DNA of 64,000 bases, taken from NCBI GenBank assembly GCA_039802605.1, contig JBDRWW010000002.1, forward strand, positions 64,001 to 128,000. The letters are read 5' to 3'. The notes under the pieces were generated by a model, which was given only the letters and a program-made list of their open reading frames with translations, had not been told where the DNA came from and ran no database searches. Below are positions 39,584 to 49,902 of the stretch, in pieces. The translations under genes were made by a program, and so were the position numbers. Source of the DNA: a candidate division WOR-3 bacterium. GTDB lineage: Bacteria; Hydrothermota; Hydrothermia; LBFQ01. Within the stretch, counting starts at the first letter, position 1; every line of letters starts with the position of its first letter.

Positions 39584-40210
39584 TTATAAGGCCGGGAAGT
39601 TTATGCCCTCGTTTTTTAAAAGCAATTGGTCAAATATTCCAAAATGTATATGTTTTCCCACCCTTTTTAACTCCCTTAGGACATCCTTAAGCCTTTCCTT
39701 TTTAATGTAAATCAAAACATTCCTGCAAATTACGGCATCAAAAGATCTGTCCTTAAAGGGCAAGTTTAATATATTTCCCAAAACGAAATCGGTATTGTTT
39801 TGAAGGTTTTGGGGAACCCTCCACAGAGAACCCCACCTTATAAGGAAATTCTCCTTCATACCCCGTAGGGAATATGTCGTGTATATCCCAACCCTTGCGT
39901 TTACAAGATTTTTTAAGGACATATCAAGGCCAACCACATAACAAAATATACCTAGCAAACCGCAAATATACTTAATCGTATAAACCTCCTCCCCCCTACC
40001 ACACCCCACGGACAAAACCCTTATACTCTTCTTAACAGAAAAGTTCTCGTTAAAAAACTTTAACAAACTCTCCTTTTCCCTGAGGAAATATCCCTCTGCT
40101 ACCGATACCTTATTAAGAGCCTCTAATAAGTTATCCGCCTCTATAAGTTTATCTACTTTTAACCCAAAATTCCTTTCCAAAATATCGTTAAATATCACAC
40201 CCTTTCCCAC
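39584..40210 (-). CDS. CheR-like SAM-dependent methyltransferase
   Basis: EGYFLRE, SVGCGRGEEVYTI, FDAVICRNVLIY. Confidence 0.85.
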   Translation of the reverse strand: MGKGVIFNDILERNFGLKVDKLIEADNLLEALNKVSVAEGYFLREKESLLKFFNENFSVKKSIRVLSVGCGRGEEVYTIKYICGLLGIFCYVVGLDMSLKNLVNARVGIYTTYSLRGMKENFLIRWGSLWRVPQNLQNNTDFVLGNILNLPFKDRSFDAVICRNVLIYIKKERLKDVLRELKRVGKHIHFGIFDQLLLKNEGINFPAL

Positions 40211-40983
40211 ATATAGTCCAAAATCTCCTTAAAATGCTCCAAAACACCTATACGGTTTAAATTCCATTCCACACCCCATAGGTATTCTTTCGCCCTATCC
40301 TTGGATAATTCCAATGGGTTAGGGAGCCCTATCCTTTTATATATTTGGGGTAATGTGGGTTTTCCCTCATCCTCATAATAATCGTCGCAGTCGTCAAGTA
40401 TTTGAAATGCCAATCCAAACATCCTACCGGCATCCCTTAATTGGGGGTTTTCAAAACCGCTTAAAAGGGCGCCGGTTTCAAAAGCAACCTCGTAAAGCGT
40501 TGCGGTTTTTTTGTATATTATATCAAGGTATATGTGTTCATCGTATTCTTCGGAACTTATTAACTCTTCCCTATACTGACCCAAAGACATATTATAGACG
40601 GCGAAAGAGAGTTTTTGCGAAAACAGGGTATATTTTGATATTAAACTTAAAGCCTTTGTAAAGAGCAAATCCCCCACAATAACGGCTAAATTCGTCGGCA
40701 GAATTTTGTTTAACACCTTACCCCCCCTTCTGGTTTCGGCATTGTCCATTATATCGTCATGTATCAGAGAGGCGGCGTGTATCATTTCCAGAGCATAACC
40801 CGTATTTATTGTGTCTTCTAAGGGTATATCGTAAATCTCCCCACTTATATGAGAAATTATTGCCCTAAGCCTTTTACCCTTTATAAGGTATCTTGGTACT
40901 TTAAAAAAATCGGCCTCTTGTTCCAAAATTTTTTCAAGTGCTTCAAGATAGTACGAAAACTTTTCCTTAAACTTATACATCAA
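40195..40983 (-). CDS. Polyprenyl diphosphate synthase
   Basis: GKRLR, LIHDDIMD...RRG, KTA, FQILDDCDD. Confidence 0.94.
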   Translation of the reverse strand: MMYKFKEKFSYYLEALEKILEQEADFFKVPRYLIKGKRLRAIISHISGEIYDIPLEDTINTGYALEMIHAASLIHDDIMDNAETRRGGKVLNKILPTNLAVIVGDLLFTKALSLISKYTLFSQKLSFAVYNMSLGQYREELISSEEYDEHIYLDIIYKKTATLYEVAFETGALLSGFENPQLRDAGRMFGLAFQILDDCDDYYEDEGKPTLPQIYKRIGLPNPLELSKDRAKEYLWGVEWNLNRIGVLEHFKEILDYMWERV

Positions 40984-41728
40984 CTTTCACCTTTTCCTTT
41001 GTTCCATCGTTATAAGCAACAACATAATATCCTGCGATTAGATTTACTTCAACAACCTTACCCTCACCCCTTTCGGTTTTTATTACCGAGTTTAAACTCG
41101 GAACCCTAGGAGCGGCTTGGTCATAAAAGGGAAGTTCGTAGGTTAGACAGCAAAGCAACCTTCCACAGGCACCGGTAAGTTTATCGGGAGCGGCAAACAA
41201 ATATTGCCTTCTGGCCATATCCTGAGAAACCTTTGGTATATTTTTTAAAAAAACCTTACAACACAGCTCCAGACCGCACCTTCCCAACCAACCCACCTCG
41301 GAGGCATATTTCACATGATCCTTAAACAGGAATTCAACCCTTACATGCAAATGCTTTGTCGAGAATAAAACTATATCCTTAAAATCGTAGCGTTTTTCCG
41401 AAACATATTCAACCCTTAAAATCCCATTTTCCGCATCAAAAGTTGAATTTACGATTTTGACCGGAATTTTGTTTTCCCAAACAATCCCTTTGACCATGTT
41501 GGTCATAATATGTTTAACCTCATTTGGGGAAGTGTATCTGTTAAACTTGGCCCTCCTTAATTTCTCCTCTTTTTTTCCCTTTCTAAACTTCAATATCTTT
41601 ACAAGTATAGGCCTTTCTTCGCCTTCAACATCAAGGAATACATATGGACAGGAACTATCATAATTAAACTCCTCGCATATAAAGTGTTCAAATCCTCCCC
41701 CCACAATGGATGTTTCCACTACGCTCAT
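40973..41728 (-). CDS. ricT: PSP1/RicT (YaaT) family Fe-S protein
   Basis: [25 protein letters not shown]. Confidence 0.88.
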   Translation of the reverse strand: MSVVETSIVGGGFEHFICEEFNYDSSCPYVFLDVEGEERPILVKILKFRKGKKEEKLRRAKFNRYTSPNEVKHIMTNMVKGIVWENKIPVKIVNSTFDAENGILRVEYVSEKRYDFKDIVLFSTKHLHVRVEFLFKDHVKYASEVGWLGRCGLELCCKVFLKNIPKVSQDMARRQYLFAAPDKLTGACGRLLCCLTYELPFYDQAAPRVPSLNSVIKTERGEGKVVEVNLIAGYYVVAYNDGTKEKVKVDV

Positions 41729-41937
41729 TTCCTCTGAATAATCCTACCCCTACTCAAATCGTAGGGGCTTAGTTCCACCAAGACCCTATCCCCCGGTACG
41801 ATTTTTATATATCTAACCCTCATCTTCCCTCCAAGGTGTGCAAGAACCACTATTCCGTTATCAAGTTTCACCTTAAAAAGCGTGTTTGGTAAAACCTCTA
41901 TAACAGTGCCTTCCATACGGATCATCTTACCGGACAT
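41725..41937 (-). CDS. infA: Translation initiation factor IF-1
   Basis: [30 protein letters not shown]. Confidence 0.97.
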   Translation of the reverse strand: MSGKMIRMEGTVIEVLPNTLFKVKLDNGIVVLAHLGGKMRVRYIKIVPGDRVLVELSPYDLSRGRIIQRK

Positions 41938-42703
41938 CTATATCCTCCGTTAAAATTATAGGGCCTTCGCGCGTTACGAATATGGTGTGTTCGTAATGGG
42001 CGGACCACTTCCCATCCTTTGTTACTATTGTCCAACCATCCCTCTTGGATTTAACATCCCCTTTACCCATATTTATCATCGGCTCTATCGCCAAACCCAT
42101 ACCCACCTTAATCCTCCAATCCGCATCAATATCATCCGGATGGTTGAATATTATCGGATCCTCGTGCAATTCCAAACCTATACCGTGTCCCGTTACCCCC
42201 CTTGCGGGTTCAAAACCGTACTTTTTAACCGTATTGTATATAGCATAGGTTATATCGGAAACCTTGTTGCCCTTATACGCAACATTTATTGAGTTATATA
42301 ATGCCTCTTTGGTAGCCTTCATCAAAAGGATTACCCTTTGTGGAACCTCGCCTAAGGCAAATGTCCAAGCGGTATCCGAATGATAACCGTCATACTCAAC
42401 ACCCACATCCACCTTAACTATCATTGGGGCCTTTAATATCTTACTCTCCTTGGGTAATCCGTGAACCACCTCCTCGTTTATTGATATGCATGTGCTATAA
42501 TTATAAATCTTATTGTCCGTTTCGTATCCCAAAAAGGAAGGCCTCCCACCCCTTGAAAGTATAAAATCCCTTATTTCATCGTCTATATACTTCGCACTAA
42601 CGCCATCTTTTATGAGTTTTTTCGCCAAACGCAACGAATCCGACGCAATTTTTGCCGCCTCCTTCATGCCCAATAGGTCGATATCGTTTTTAAGGATTAT
42701 CAT
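41927..42703 (-). CDS. map: Methionine aminopeptidase, type I
   Basis: [28 protein letters not shown]. Confidence 0.97.
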   Translation of the reverse strand: MIILKNDIDLLGMKEAAKIASDSLRLAKKLIKDGVSAKYIDDEIRDFILSRGGRPSFLGYETDNKIYNYSTCISINEEVVHGLPKESKILKAPMIVKVDVGVEYDGYHSDTAWTFALGEVPQRVILLMKATKEALYNSINVAYKGNKVSDITYAIYNTVKKYGFEPARGVTGHGIGLELHEDPIIFNHPDDIDADWRIKVGMGLAIEPMINMGKGDVKSKRDGWTIVTKDGKWSAHYEHTIFVTREGPIILTEDIDVR

Positions 42704-43344
42704 AACACCCCCTTAATCCTCTCATAAACCCCCTCATAATCCCCAACACCATCAACCCTTAATAACAACCCCCTTTTATCGTAGAAACTTATGAGAACTT
42801 CCGTGTTTTCCCTATAAACCTTTAACCTATTTCTTACAACCTCCTCCTTATCGTCTTCCCTTTGGATAAGTTTTGATCCACAATAATCGCATATCCCATC
42901 CTCCTTGGGAGGGTTAAAAATAAGGTTATAAACCCTACCGCAATTAACGCACACCCTACGATAAGATATCCTTCTAATTATCTCCTCATCCGGGACATCC
43001 AGCAAAATCACATGGGTTATGTTCAGCCCTTTGCGAGATAGCATTTCATCCAGCGCTTCCGCCTGCGGCATATTCCTCGGGAAGCCGTCAAGTATAAAAT
43101 CCCTATGACCGTTTATCGCCTCTTCTATAATCCCAACTATTATGCTGTCGGGTACCAATTCGCCCCTTTCCATATATTCTTTTGCCCTTTTTCCGAGTTC
43201 CGTACCCTTTGCCACCGCCTCCCTTAAAATGTCCCCTGTTGAAATCTTCTTTATACCCAAATCCCTTGCCAACCTTTCGGCTTGCGTACCTTTCCCCGCA
43301 CCCGGAGGGCCAAGAAAGATTATCCTATACCCATCCCTCTCCAT
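42700..43344 (-). CDS. adk: Adenylate kinase with a Zn-lid
   Basis: GPPGAGKGTQA, LDGFPR, CxxC...CxxC lid. Confidence 0.97.
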   Translation of the reverse strand: MERDGYRIIFLGPPGAGKGTQAERLARDLGIKKISTGDILREAVAKGTELGKRAKEYMERGELVPDSIIVGIIEEAINGHRDFILDGFPRNMPQAEALDEMLSRKGLNITHVILLDVPDEEIIRRISYRRVCVNCGRVYNLIFNPPKEDGICDYCGSKLIQREDDKEEVVRNRLKVYRENTEVLISFYDKRGLLLRVDGVGDYEGVYERIKGVL

Positions 43345-44651
43345 GACCTAACCTTTGCCCTACCAACCAAGCTTTCGTAGCGGTACATTATGAGATAAGA
43401 GTTTATCCTTTGTAGTAAGTCTAAGGCAACTCCAACGATTATCAGTAGCCTTGTGCCTCCGAAGTATAGGGGTATGTTTAGGGCTGTTGAAACATGATAT
43501 GGGATAATCGCCACGGCGGAGAAAAATAGGGCTCCCGGAAGGAGAATTCTGGTCATTATCCTGTCTATGTATTCCGCCGTCTCATCCCCAGCCCTTATTC
43601 CGGGTATAAAAGCCGAAGCCCTTTGTAAATTATCCGCAACTTCCTTGGGGTTAAAGACAATAGAGGTGTATAAATACGCAAAGAATATTATGAGCAGGGC
43701 GTATGTTATGTCGTGTATTAGGGTTCCGGGCTGGAAATAGGCCGCCAAACCCGAGAAGACACCTTCACCCGTGAATGTAAAGGCCGTTTGTGGGAATAAC
43801 AGTATACTTTGGGCAAATATTATGGGCATAACGCCGGCGGTGTTTATGGTTAAGGGCAAATATCCCATCTGCGCGGTTGGGGACAAACCAACCGTCCTTT
43901 TCGCATAACTTATAGGAACTCTCCTATGAACTTCCGTTGCTATTACCACCAAACCCGTTAAAATCAAAACGAATACGAGCATGAATACGACGGATTGCGT
44001 TGAAACCGCCCCGTTTTTCCAAAGGGTATATGTGCTTATAATTTCGTTGGGAAGGGAATCCAATGAACCTGCGAATATTAAAACGGATGCCCCATTCCCT
44101 ATTCCCCTATCCGTTATCTGCTCCCCCATCCACATAAGGAGTATTGAACCACCCACGAGGGATAACATCGTTGATATTACGAAAAGGGGTCCGGGATTGG
44201 GGACAACGGGCAACCCAGAAGGGCTTGTTAAGGATTGTAAGAAGGATGATATTCCAAAGGATTGTAATGCGGAAATTCCAACGGTTAGCCAGCGGGTATA
44301 TCTATTCAAAATCCTCCTACCGTGTTCTCCTTCCCTTTGCAACCTCTCAAAATAGGGAACCGTTGAAGAGAGGAGCTGGATTATAATGGATGCGGATATG
44401 TAGGGCATTATACCCAAACCAAAAATGGCAGCCCTTGAAAGGGCCCCACCCGCAAAAATATCAAACATGCCAAAGGCGGTATTCGCCAAGGCAACCCTAA
44501 AATACTCGGCAAGGGCGCTAACATTTACTCCGGGAACGGGTATATGCGTTCCAACCCTGTAAAAGAATAGGATTATAAGGGTAAAAACTATCCTTTCCCT
44601 TAATTCTTTAACCTCCCACAACCCGCTTAATATCCGCATCCACCTTTCCAT
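43320..44651 (-). CDS. secY: Preprotein translocase subunit SecY
   Basis: LGIMPYISASII, GIGNG, AGVMPIIFA, IPGIR. Confidence 0.98.
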   Translation of the reverse strand: MERWMRILSGLWEVKELRERIVFTLIILFFYRVGTHIPVPGVNVSALAEYFRVALANTAFGMFDIFAGGALSRAAIFGLGIMPYISASIIIQLLSSTVPYFERLQREGEHGRRILNRYTRWLTVGISALQSFGISSFLQSLTSPSGLPVVPNPGPLFVISTMLSLVGGSILLMWMGEQITDRGIGNGASVLIFAGSLDSLPNEIISTYTLWKNGAVSTQSVVFMLVFVLILTGLVVIATEVHRRVPISYAKRTVGLSPTAQMGYLPLTINTAGVMPIIFAQSILLFPQTAFTFTGEGVFSGLAAYFQPGTLIHDITYALLIIFFAYLYTSIVFNPKEVADNLQRASAFIPGIRAGDETAEYIDRIMTRILLPGALFFSAVAIIPYHVSTALNIPLYFGGTRLLIIVGVALDLLQRINSYLIMYRYESLVGRAKVRSWRGMGIG

Positions 44652-45101
44652 TTACTCTATCCTCCCACCAACACTTTCTATGATTTCCTTAGCCTTTTTT
44701 GAAAATGCATGTATCCCTTTAAAAACCAAAGGCTTGGTTAATTCTCCTTTTGCAAGGATTTTTATAAGTTTGCCTTCCAGTTTTCCCTTTATTAGCCCCC
44801 TTTCCTTTAATGTTTCCGGACTTACAACCTCGTTTGCCTCAAACTTTTTTTCCAACTGGAACAGATTAACTATTTCGTAATCCTTTGAGAAGGGGTTTTT
44901 GAAACCTCTCTTGGGAATTCTGCGGTAAATAGGCGTTTGTCCCCCTTCAAACCATATGGGTTTCGTCCCTCCGCTTCTGGACTTTTGCCCTTTATGTCCC
45001 CTTCCGGCGGTTTTTCCGAGTCCCGAACCAATGCCCCTTCCAACCCTTTTCTTTTCCTTTTTTGCCCCCGGATTATGCGAAAGGTTTGAAAGCGTTATCA
45101 T
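44652..45101 (-). CDS. rplO: 50S ribosomal protein L15
   Basis: [29 protein letters not shown]. Confidence 0.98.
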   Translation of the reverse strand: MITLSNLSHNPGAKKEKKRVGRGIGSGLGKTAGRGHKGQKSRSGGTKPIWFEGGQTPIYRRIPKRGFKNPFSKDYEIVNLFQLEKKFEANEVVSPETLKERGLIKGKLEGKLIKILAKGELTKPLVFKGIHAFSKKAKEIIESVGGRIE

Positions 45102-45130
45102 AAGGTGGGAATTATACCCCCGTTTGATTT
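45099..45130 (-). repeat. 32-nt promoter-plus-start repeat, copy 1 (rplO)
   Basis: 31/32 identical to 58067..58098. Confidence 0.9.
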
Positions 45131-45234
45131 GTATATGGGGAAGTTAAGGTAGTGAGTTTGCAATCTTCAAAGTCTTCTCAACACCCCGAATTTTTTTGTC
45201 TATTTGCTTTCCCATGGATTGGGAATAGGCCGGT

Positions 45235-45813
45235 TTATTTAAGTTTTTTGAGCGCTTCGTCTATTTCCCGAATTTCCTCATACCTTCCAAGAGTTTCAAG
45301 CATGGTTTTCGCCATATTTAAATCCTTTTTCGCCTCGCCAAACTTACCTTTATATGTCAACGCTATTCCCCTATATTTGTAGGCATAGCCTAGGGTTGCG
45401 GCATCGGGGTAGTTCTCTATAAAGTGGCTCATAATTTGTATCACCTCGTCAAACCTCTTCATTTGTAATAAGGAATAACCCAAGAACCTATAAGCATCTT
45501 CAACCTTAGCACTGCTCGGGAATTGCTGAACAAACTCGCCACACCTCTCAACGGTTTTGGGATAGTTAAAGGATGCGTATGCCCAGTTGCATGCATAGAA
45601 AAGCGCGTCTTTTCTACCCTTACTGTCCGGATGGTTCTTGTAAAAGGCATAAAGGGAATCCGAAAGGGCGCTTAAACCAGCCGTATCCCCTCCAACTTCT
45701 TCAAACATCTGTTGAACCTTGGGGAGGTATTCATCCCATGGGTCCTTCTTTTCTTCCTTTTTTCCACCGCAATAAATCAAAAAAATTATGAAAAAAGGTG
45801 TAAGCCTTTTCAT
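45235..45813 (-). CDS. TPR lipoprotein (BamD/CpoB-like repeats)
   Basis: Lipoprotein-type signal MKRLTPFFIIFLIYC; TPR repeats (FPSSAKVEDAY, YPDA). Confidence 0.75.
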   Translation of the reverse strand: MKRLTPFFIIFLIYCGGKKEEKKDPWDEYLPKVQQMFEEVGGDTAGLSALSDSLYAFYKNHPDSKGRKDALFYACNWAYASFNYPKTVERCGEFVQQFPSSAKVEDAYRFLGYSLLQMKRFDEVIQIMSHFIENYPDAATLGYAYKYRGIALTYKGKFGEAKKDLNMAKTMLETLGRYEEIREIDEALKKLK

Positions 45814-46337
45814 GGTCTAACCTTTAATATTTCACATATAACCTTTTTGCCGTCCACCCTCAAAATCAAACACTCAACGGTTCCCTTTTTCAAATCCTTA
45901 ATCGGGTATTTGATAGCGGGTCCTATCCTGTTCCTAGGCACATAACACTTTTTACCCTGTATATTTACCATCAATCCCCCATCCGGTAAAACCTTTAAAA
46001 CCTTTCCAATAAACACCTTTCCGGGTTCAAACTTGCCAATTTTGCCCTCCGGGACATAAAGTTTTGTTCTAAACTTTTTTGTGGTGTAATCGGCTAAGAC
46101 AACTTTTACCTTTACCCTTTCCCCTATTTCGTGTTTTTTGGGGGATTTTAACAGACCCTTTACGGTGTCCTCAAATAGTATCTCGTAAATATCATCCCTA
46201 ACATGGCGGTTTATAACCACCTCAACGGGTTCTCCATTATCCTTTGCCTTAAAAATTTTTTCCCAAACCTCAGCCCTTTTTATAACCTCTTCCGGATTTA
46301 AAGGTTTTTCGTATATCAGCAGGGGGAGCCTTCGCAT
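45810..46337 (-). CDS. Two-S1-domain RNA-binding protein resembling ribosomal protein bS1 N-terminal domains
   Basis: WEKIFKAKDNGEPVE...IGERVKVKVV; GKVLKVLPDGGLMVNIQG.KCYVP...GTVECLILRVD. Confidence 0.65.
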   Translation of the reverse strand: MRRLPLLIYEKPLNPEEVIKRAEVWEKIFKAKDNGEPVEVVINRHVRDDIYEILFEDTVKGLLKSPKKHEIGERVKVKVVLADYTTKKFRTKLYVPEGKIGKFEPGKVFIGKVLKVLPDGGLMVNIQGKKCYVPRNRIGPAIKYPIKDLKKGTVECLILRVDGKKVICEILKVRP

Positions 46338-46780
46338 GTATCCTTTAAGAGTTCCTTAACCTTTTTTTCAAAAAGTCTCGCATGACCTTCTGAAAAACCG
46401 CTCCTTTTCATAACCACATTCCCGTTTTTATCAATTATTATGGTCGTGGGTATGGAAAACACATTGTAGAGATCGGATACCAGGTTATCTTTATCCAGGA
46501 GGATTAAATACTCTAAATTCTTGTCCTTTACAAATCTCTTAACCGCCCTTTCGCTAATATCCACGCTTATACCTATGACCACCAAACCGCTATCCTTATA
46601 AGTTTTATGCAGCTCGTTAAAAAACGGCACGGACGCCCTACAAGGGGGACACCATGTGGCCCAAAAGTCCAAAACCACAACCTTACCCTTAAAATCGGAA
46701 AGCCTGTATTCTTTCCCGTTTATGTCCTTTAAAGCAAAGTCTTTGGCCTTCTCAAAGGATAACAAATACAGCATTAACAT
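46316..46780 (-). CDS. TlpA/ResA-family thiol-disulfide oxidoreductase
   Basis: GKVVVLDFWATWCPPC, IPTTIIIDKNG. Confidence 0.94.
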   Translation of the reverse strand: MLMLYLLSFEKAKDFALKDINGKEYRLSDFKGKVVVLDFWATWCPPCRASVPFFNELHKTYKDSGLVVIGISVDISERAVKRFVKDKNLEYLILLDKDNLVSDLYNVFSIPTTIIIDKNGNVVMKRSGFSEGHARLFEKKVKELLKDTCEGSPC

Positions 46781-46789
46781 TGTTTGGGA

Positions 46790-46840
46790 ATTATAAAGGC
46801 GAATGTTTTATTCCATAACATAAGGTTTCCCACATAGAAT
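46790..46840. promoter_or_regulatory. Divergent -10 boxes (tlpA and acyltransferase)
   Basis: TATAAT(-) 9 nt and TAGAAT(+) 6 nt before the starts. Confidence 0.65.
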
Positions 46841-46846
46841 TATCGC

Positions 46847-47692
46847 TTGTTAAACAAAGAGGTAAAGAAAAAATTAACGATAACCCTTTTAAAGGTTTCA
46901 ACCTTTGCCTGTTATAGCATCGGATATGATACTATGTGCGATATTATGAAGTTTATAGGTCTTTTACAACAAAAGATTAGTCCGAAAAGGGCAAACATTG
47001 TAAGGAAAAATTTCTTAATGATAAGGGGAAATACGGATGGCTGGGAGAAAACTTTTATAAACTTTTGGGGTTGCACCACGGATACTTTATACCTCCCTTA
47101 TATGACGGCTGAGGAAATCCTTGGGAAGTTGAAACTGGTTGAAAATATCGAAGTTTTAAGATGGTTTAAAATTAAGGGGAAACCCTTAATAGTAACAACG
47201 GCACATATTGGGATACCCGAAATGTTGGCGAATTTTGCTTCGTTATTGGGTTTTCCGGGTATAGCGGTTGCGGAGGTTCCATCCGATGAGTGGTTTAGAG
47301 AGTTTTTAAAATTTAGGAGTAGATTCGGTATGAGGATAATACCGATGGGTAATTCTTACCCAATTTTGGTTGAAGCCGTAAAAAACGGAGAATTTGTATA
47401 TTTGGTTTCCGATAGGGATATAAAGCGCAAGGGTATAGCAATACCCTTTGGCAGGGGTAAAAAGTTTTTTCCTACGGGATTTGCAAATTTATCCGTTGAA
47501 ACAAAAACCCCAGTTGTTTTTGGTTGTGGTGTTCCCCTACAACCCTGTGGCAAATATTACGGATTTTTAACGGAACCCTATTACCCAAAGGATGTTTATG
47601 ATGCCCTTGAATGGTATGCCTCAACCCTTTACCATGCGGTATATAAATGGACGGATATGTGGTTTGTATTTCAAGATGAATGGGTTTCGTAA
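46847..47692 (+). CDS. Lysophospholipid acyltransferase (LpxL/HtrB-like)
   Basis: TAHIGIPE, LVSDRD, PFG...FPTG, WFVFQ. Confidence 0.87.
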   Translation: MLNKEVKKKLTITLLKVSTFACYSIGYDTMCDIMKFIGLLQQKISPKRANIVRKNFLMIRGNTDGWEKTFINFWGCTTDTLYLPYMTAEEILGKLKLVENIEVLRWFKIKGKPLIVTTAHIGIPEMLANFASLLGFPGIAVAEVPSDEWFREFLKFRSRFGMRIIPMGNSYPILVEAVKNGEFVYLVSDRDIKRKGIAIPFGRGKKFFPTGFANLSVETKTPVVFGCGVPLQPCGKYYGFLTEPYYPKDVYDALEWYASTLYHAVYKWTDMWFVFQDEWVS

Positions 47693-48219
47693 AACCAACT
47701 TTCAACCGTTAATGCCCTATCCCTTTTTTCCCCGTTCATCAAAATAAACTTTATAAACCAGAATTTCCCATAAATTTTGGGTAGAATAGAGAAACCCTTA
47801 AACTCCGATTTGTTTATCTCAACCCCACCCTCCCCCACAACTTCAAACCTTAAACCCCCGTCTATAACTATCCTAACCCTTCCCCCTACCCTCTTTGTGT
47901 ATTTTAACGGTGTAAATCCCGGATAATCCCCCCCTTCTATAAACCTCTTACAGTTTTCATAATCCGGAGGTATTCCAACCTTATAAAGGTGGTGTATGCT
48001 ATCCGAAAAAAATCCCGAATCGGATATGAATATGGGGCCCGTTTCAAGTTCCCCGTACCTAAGGATAACCCCCTTAAATCCGTAAATATAACCCCCCAAT
48101 TCCTTATATACTACCGTCCTTTCACCCAATAATATGTATTCTTTTGGTTTCGGTAATAAAGATGCAAAGGACATATCAACGCCAAAGGCATCCTCCCTGT
48201 AATATCCGAAAACATTCAT
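47671..48219 (-). CDS. Hypothetical protein
   Basis: 182-aa ORF coupled (ATGA) to the FkbM gene; host-like codon usage. Confidence 0.55.
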   Translation of the reverse strand: MNVFGYYREDAFGVDMSFASLLPKPKEYILLGERTVVYKELGGYIYGFKGVILRYGELETGPIFISDSGFFSDSIHHLYKVGIPPDYENCKRFIEGGDYPGFTPLKYTKRVGGRVRIVIDGGLRFEVVGEGGVEINKSEFKGFSILPKIYGKFWFIKFILMNGEKRDRALTVESWFYETHSS

Positions 48220-48968
48220 CTTGGAAGGAATATTATGTTATCGTACAAGGGCACCTCTTCGTAATTCTTAATTTCAACGATTTGCGATGGGAAGTTTTTA
48301 TTAATGCTAAACTTAAAAGGGCGGTACCCGAGACTTATGAGGTAATCGTATCCGATGATAAATAAAGGACCCTTCTCCACAATTAGTATAGGCCTGTACC
48401 CCCTTAATGTTTCTTTCATTCCCTTCAAAACCTCATTCTCCCATCCCTCAACATCTATCTTTACCATATCAACCCCCTTTATATCAATCCCTTTAAGGAT
48501 ACTATCCAAAGGCTTAACGGCGACTTTAACACCTTTCTCAACATTTAAAACCGTAGCCTCACTTTTGGACCTACCCTTTGGAATATGCAAAAACGAAAAC
48601 CCCTCTACACTTCCAAGGGCGATATTAAAAACGGAAATGTTATCGCAACGGTTTAATTTTATGTTTTCCAAGAGGATTTTGTGCGCTTGGGGATTGGGTT
48701 CAAAGGCTAAAACCTTGCCATTTTTACCAACAATCTTTGAAGCAAATATACTGAAAAAACCCACATATGCCCCAACATCCACAAAGACCTGACCTTCTTT
48801 GAGGTTATCCCTTATAAAAGTCAAAGTGCCCAACTCTCCGTTTTTCATAAAGTATTCCGCCCCAAACCCCCTATAAAAAACCATACGAGCACCATAAACA
48901 TTTTTGAACTTAAACTTTACACCCATAAGGGACAGGGTTTTTATGATTAATGTCCTATAACTTATCAA
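48216..48968 (-). CDS. FkbM-family methyltransferase
   Basis: FVDVGAYVG, AFEPNP, KIDVEGWE; start uncertain. Confidence 0.92.
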   Translation of the reverse strand: MISYRTLIIKTLSLMGVKFKFKNVYGARMVFYRGFGAEYFMKNGELGTLTFIRDNLKEGQVFVDVGAYVGFFSIFASKIVGKNGKVLAFEPNPQAHKILLENIKLNRCDNISVFNIALGSVEGFSFLHIPKGRSKSEATVLNVEKGVKVAVKPLDSILKGIDIKGVDMVKIDVEGWENEVLKGMKETLRGYRPILIVEKGPLFIIGYDYLISLGYRPFKFSINKNFPSQIVEIKNYEEVPLYDNIIFLPR

Positions 48969-49902
48969 TTTTAACGCTTTTTAACACCTCGTTTATTACA
49001 TCGTTAATCCCTATCCCCTCCGCCTCCGCCCGGAAGTGCAATATAATCCTATGTTTTACAATATATGGGAAGAGTTCTTTAATTTCTTCTCCCGTTGGCG
49101 TAGGTTTATCCCTTATGAAGGCCAAGGATTTTGAGGCCCAAACCAAAAATTGGGATGCCCTTGGGCCTGCACCGTACCTGACAAATTCTTTAACTATTTT
49201 TGGGGAATCCGGGTTTTCGGGTCTGGTGTTCCTAACGAGGGAAACCGCATACCTTACAACATGCTCCGGGACTGGGATTTTACTAACCTCATCCCGAAAC
49301 CTTTCAATATCTTCTTTGTTTAATACGGTGTTTATGTCCTCCAATTTCCTAAAACCTTCCAAATTCGCTATTTTTATCTCATCCTCATAAGAGGGATACG
49401 ATACATTAACTTCCATTAAGAATCTGTCAAGTTGGGCTTCCGGCAATGGATATGTTCCCTCCTGCTCTATGGGGTTTTGGGTGGCCAAAACGAAAAAGGG
49501 CTTTGGAACCTCATAAACCTTCCCCCCGTAGGTAACCCTCCTCTCCTGCATAACCTCTAACAATGCAGACTGTGTTTTTGGCGGTGCCCTGTTTATTTCA
49601 TCCGCCAAGATGACATTTGCAAAGACGGGACCCTTGGAAAATATAAAATTGCCATCCCTTAGGATTTCGGTACCGGTTATATCCGTGGGCATAAGGTCCG
49701 GGGTAAATTGTATTCTACTAAACGATAACCCGAGGGTTTTGGAAAAAGCCCTTACCATAAGAGTCTTTGCTAGTCCTGGCACGCCCACTATCAAAACATG
49801 CCCGTCGGATAGGATTGAAACCAAAAACTTCTCAATTATGTCGTCGTTTCCAACGACCGCCTTATGTATCTCCTCAAATACCCTTTTAAACTCGGTTTTC
49901 AA
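48955..49902 (-). CDS. MoxR-family AAA+ ATPase
   Basis: GVPGLAKT, RIQFTPDLMP, DEINRAPPKTQSALL, ATQNPIEQEGTYPLPEAQLDRF. Confidence 0.96.
   Translation of the reverse strand: MKTEFKRVFEEIHKAVVGNDDIIEKFLVSILSDGHVLIVGVPGLAKTLMVRAFSKTLGLSFSRIQFTPDLMPTDITGTEILRDGNFIFSKGPVFANVILADEINRAPPKTQSALLEVMQERRVTYGGKVYEVPKPFFVLATQNPIEQEGTYPLPEAQLDRFLMEVNVSYPSYEDEIKIANLEGFRKLEDINTVLNKEDIERFRDEVSKIPVPEHVVRYAVSLVRNTRPENPDSPKIVKEFVRYGAGPRASQFLVWASKSLAFIRDKPTPTGEEIKELFPYIVKHRIILHFRAEAEGIGINDVINEVLKSVKIDKL

Noticed and set aside
45131..45234. 23-codon minus-strand ORF (MGKQIDKKIRGVEKTLKIANSLP) as an rpmD remnant, and a weak hairpin as a terminator
   Set aside because: No resemblance to L30, no -10 box or SD, and the hairpin lacks a U-tract.
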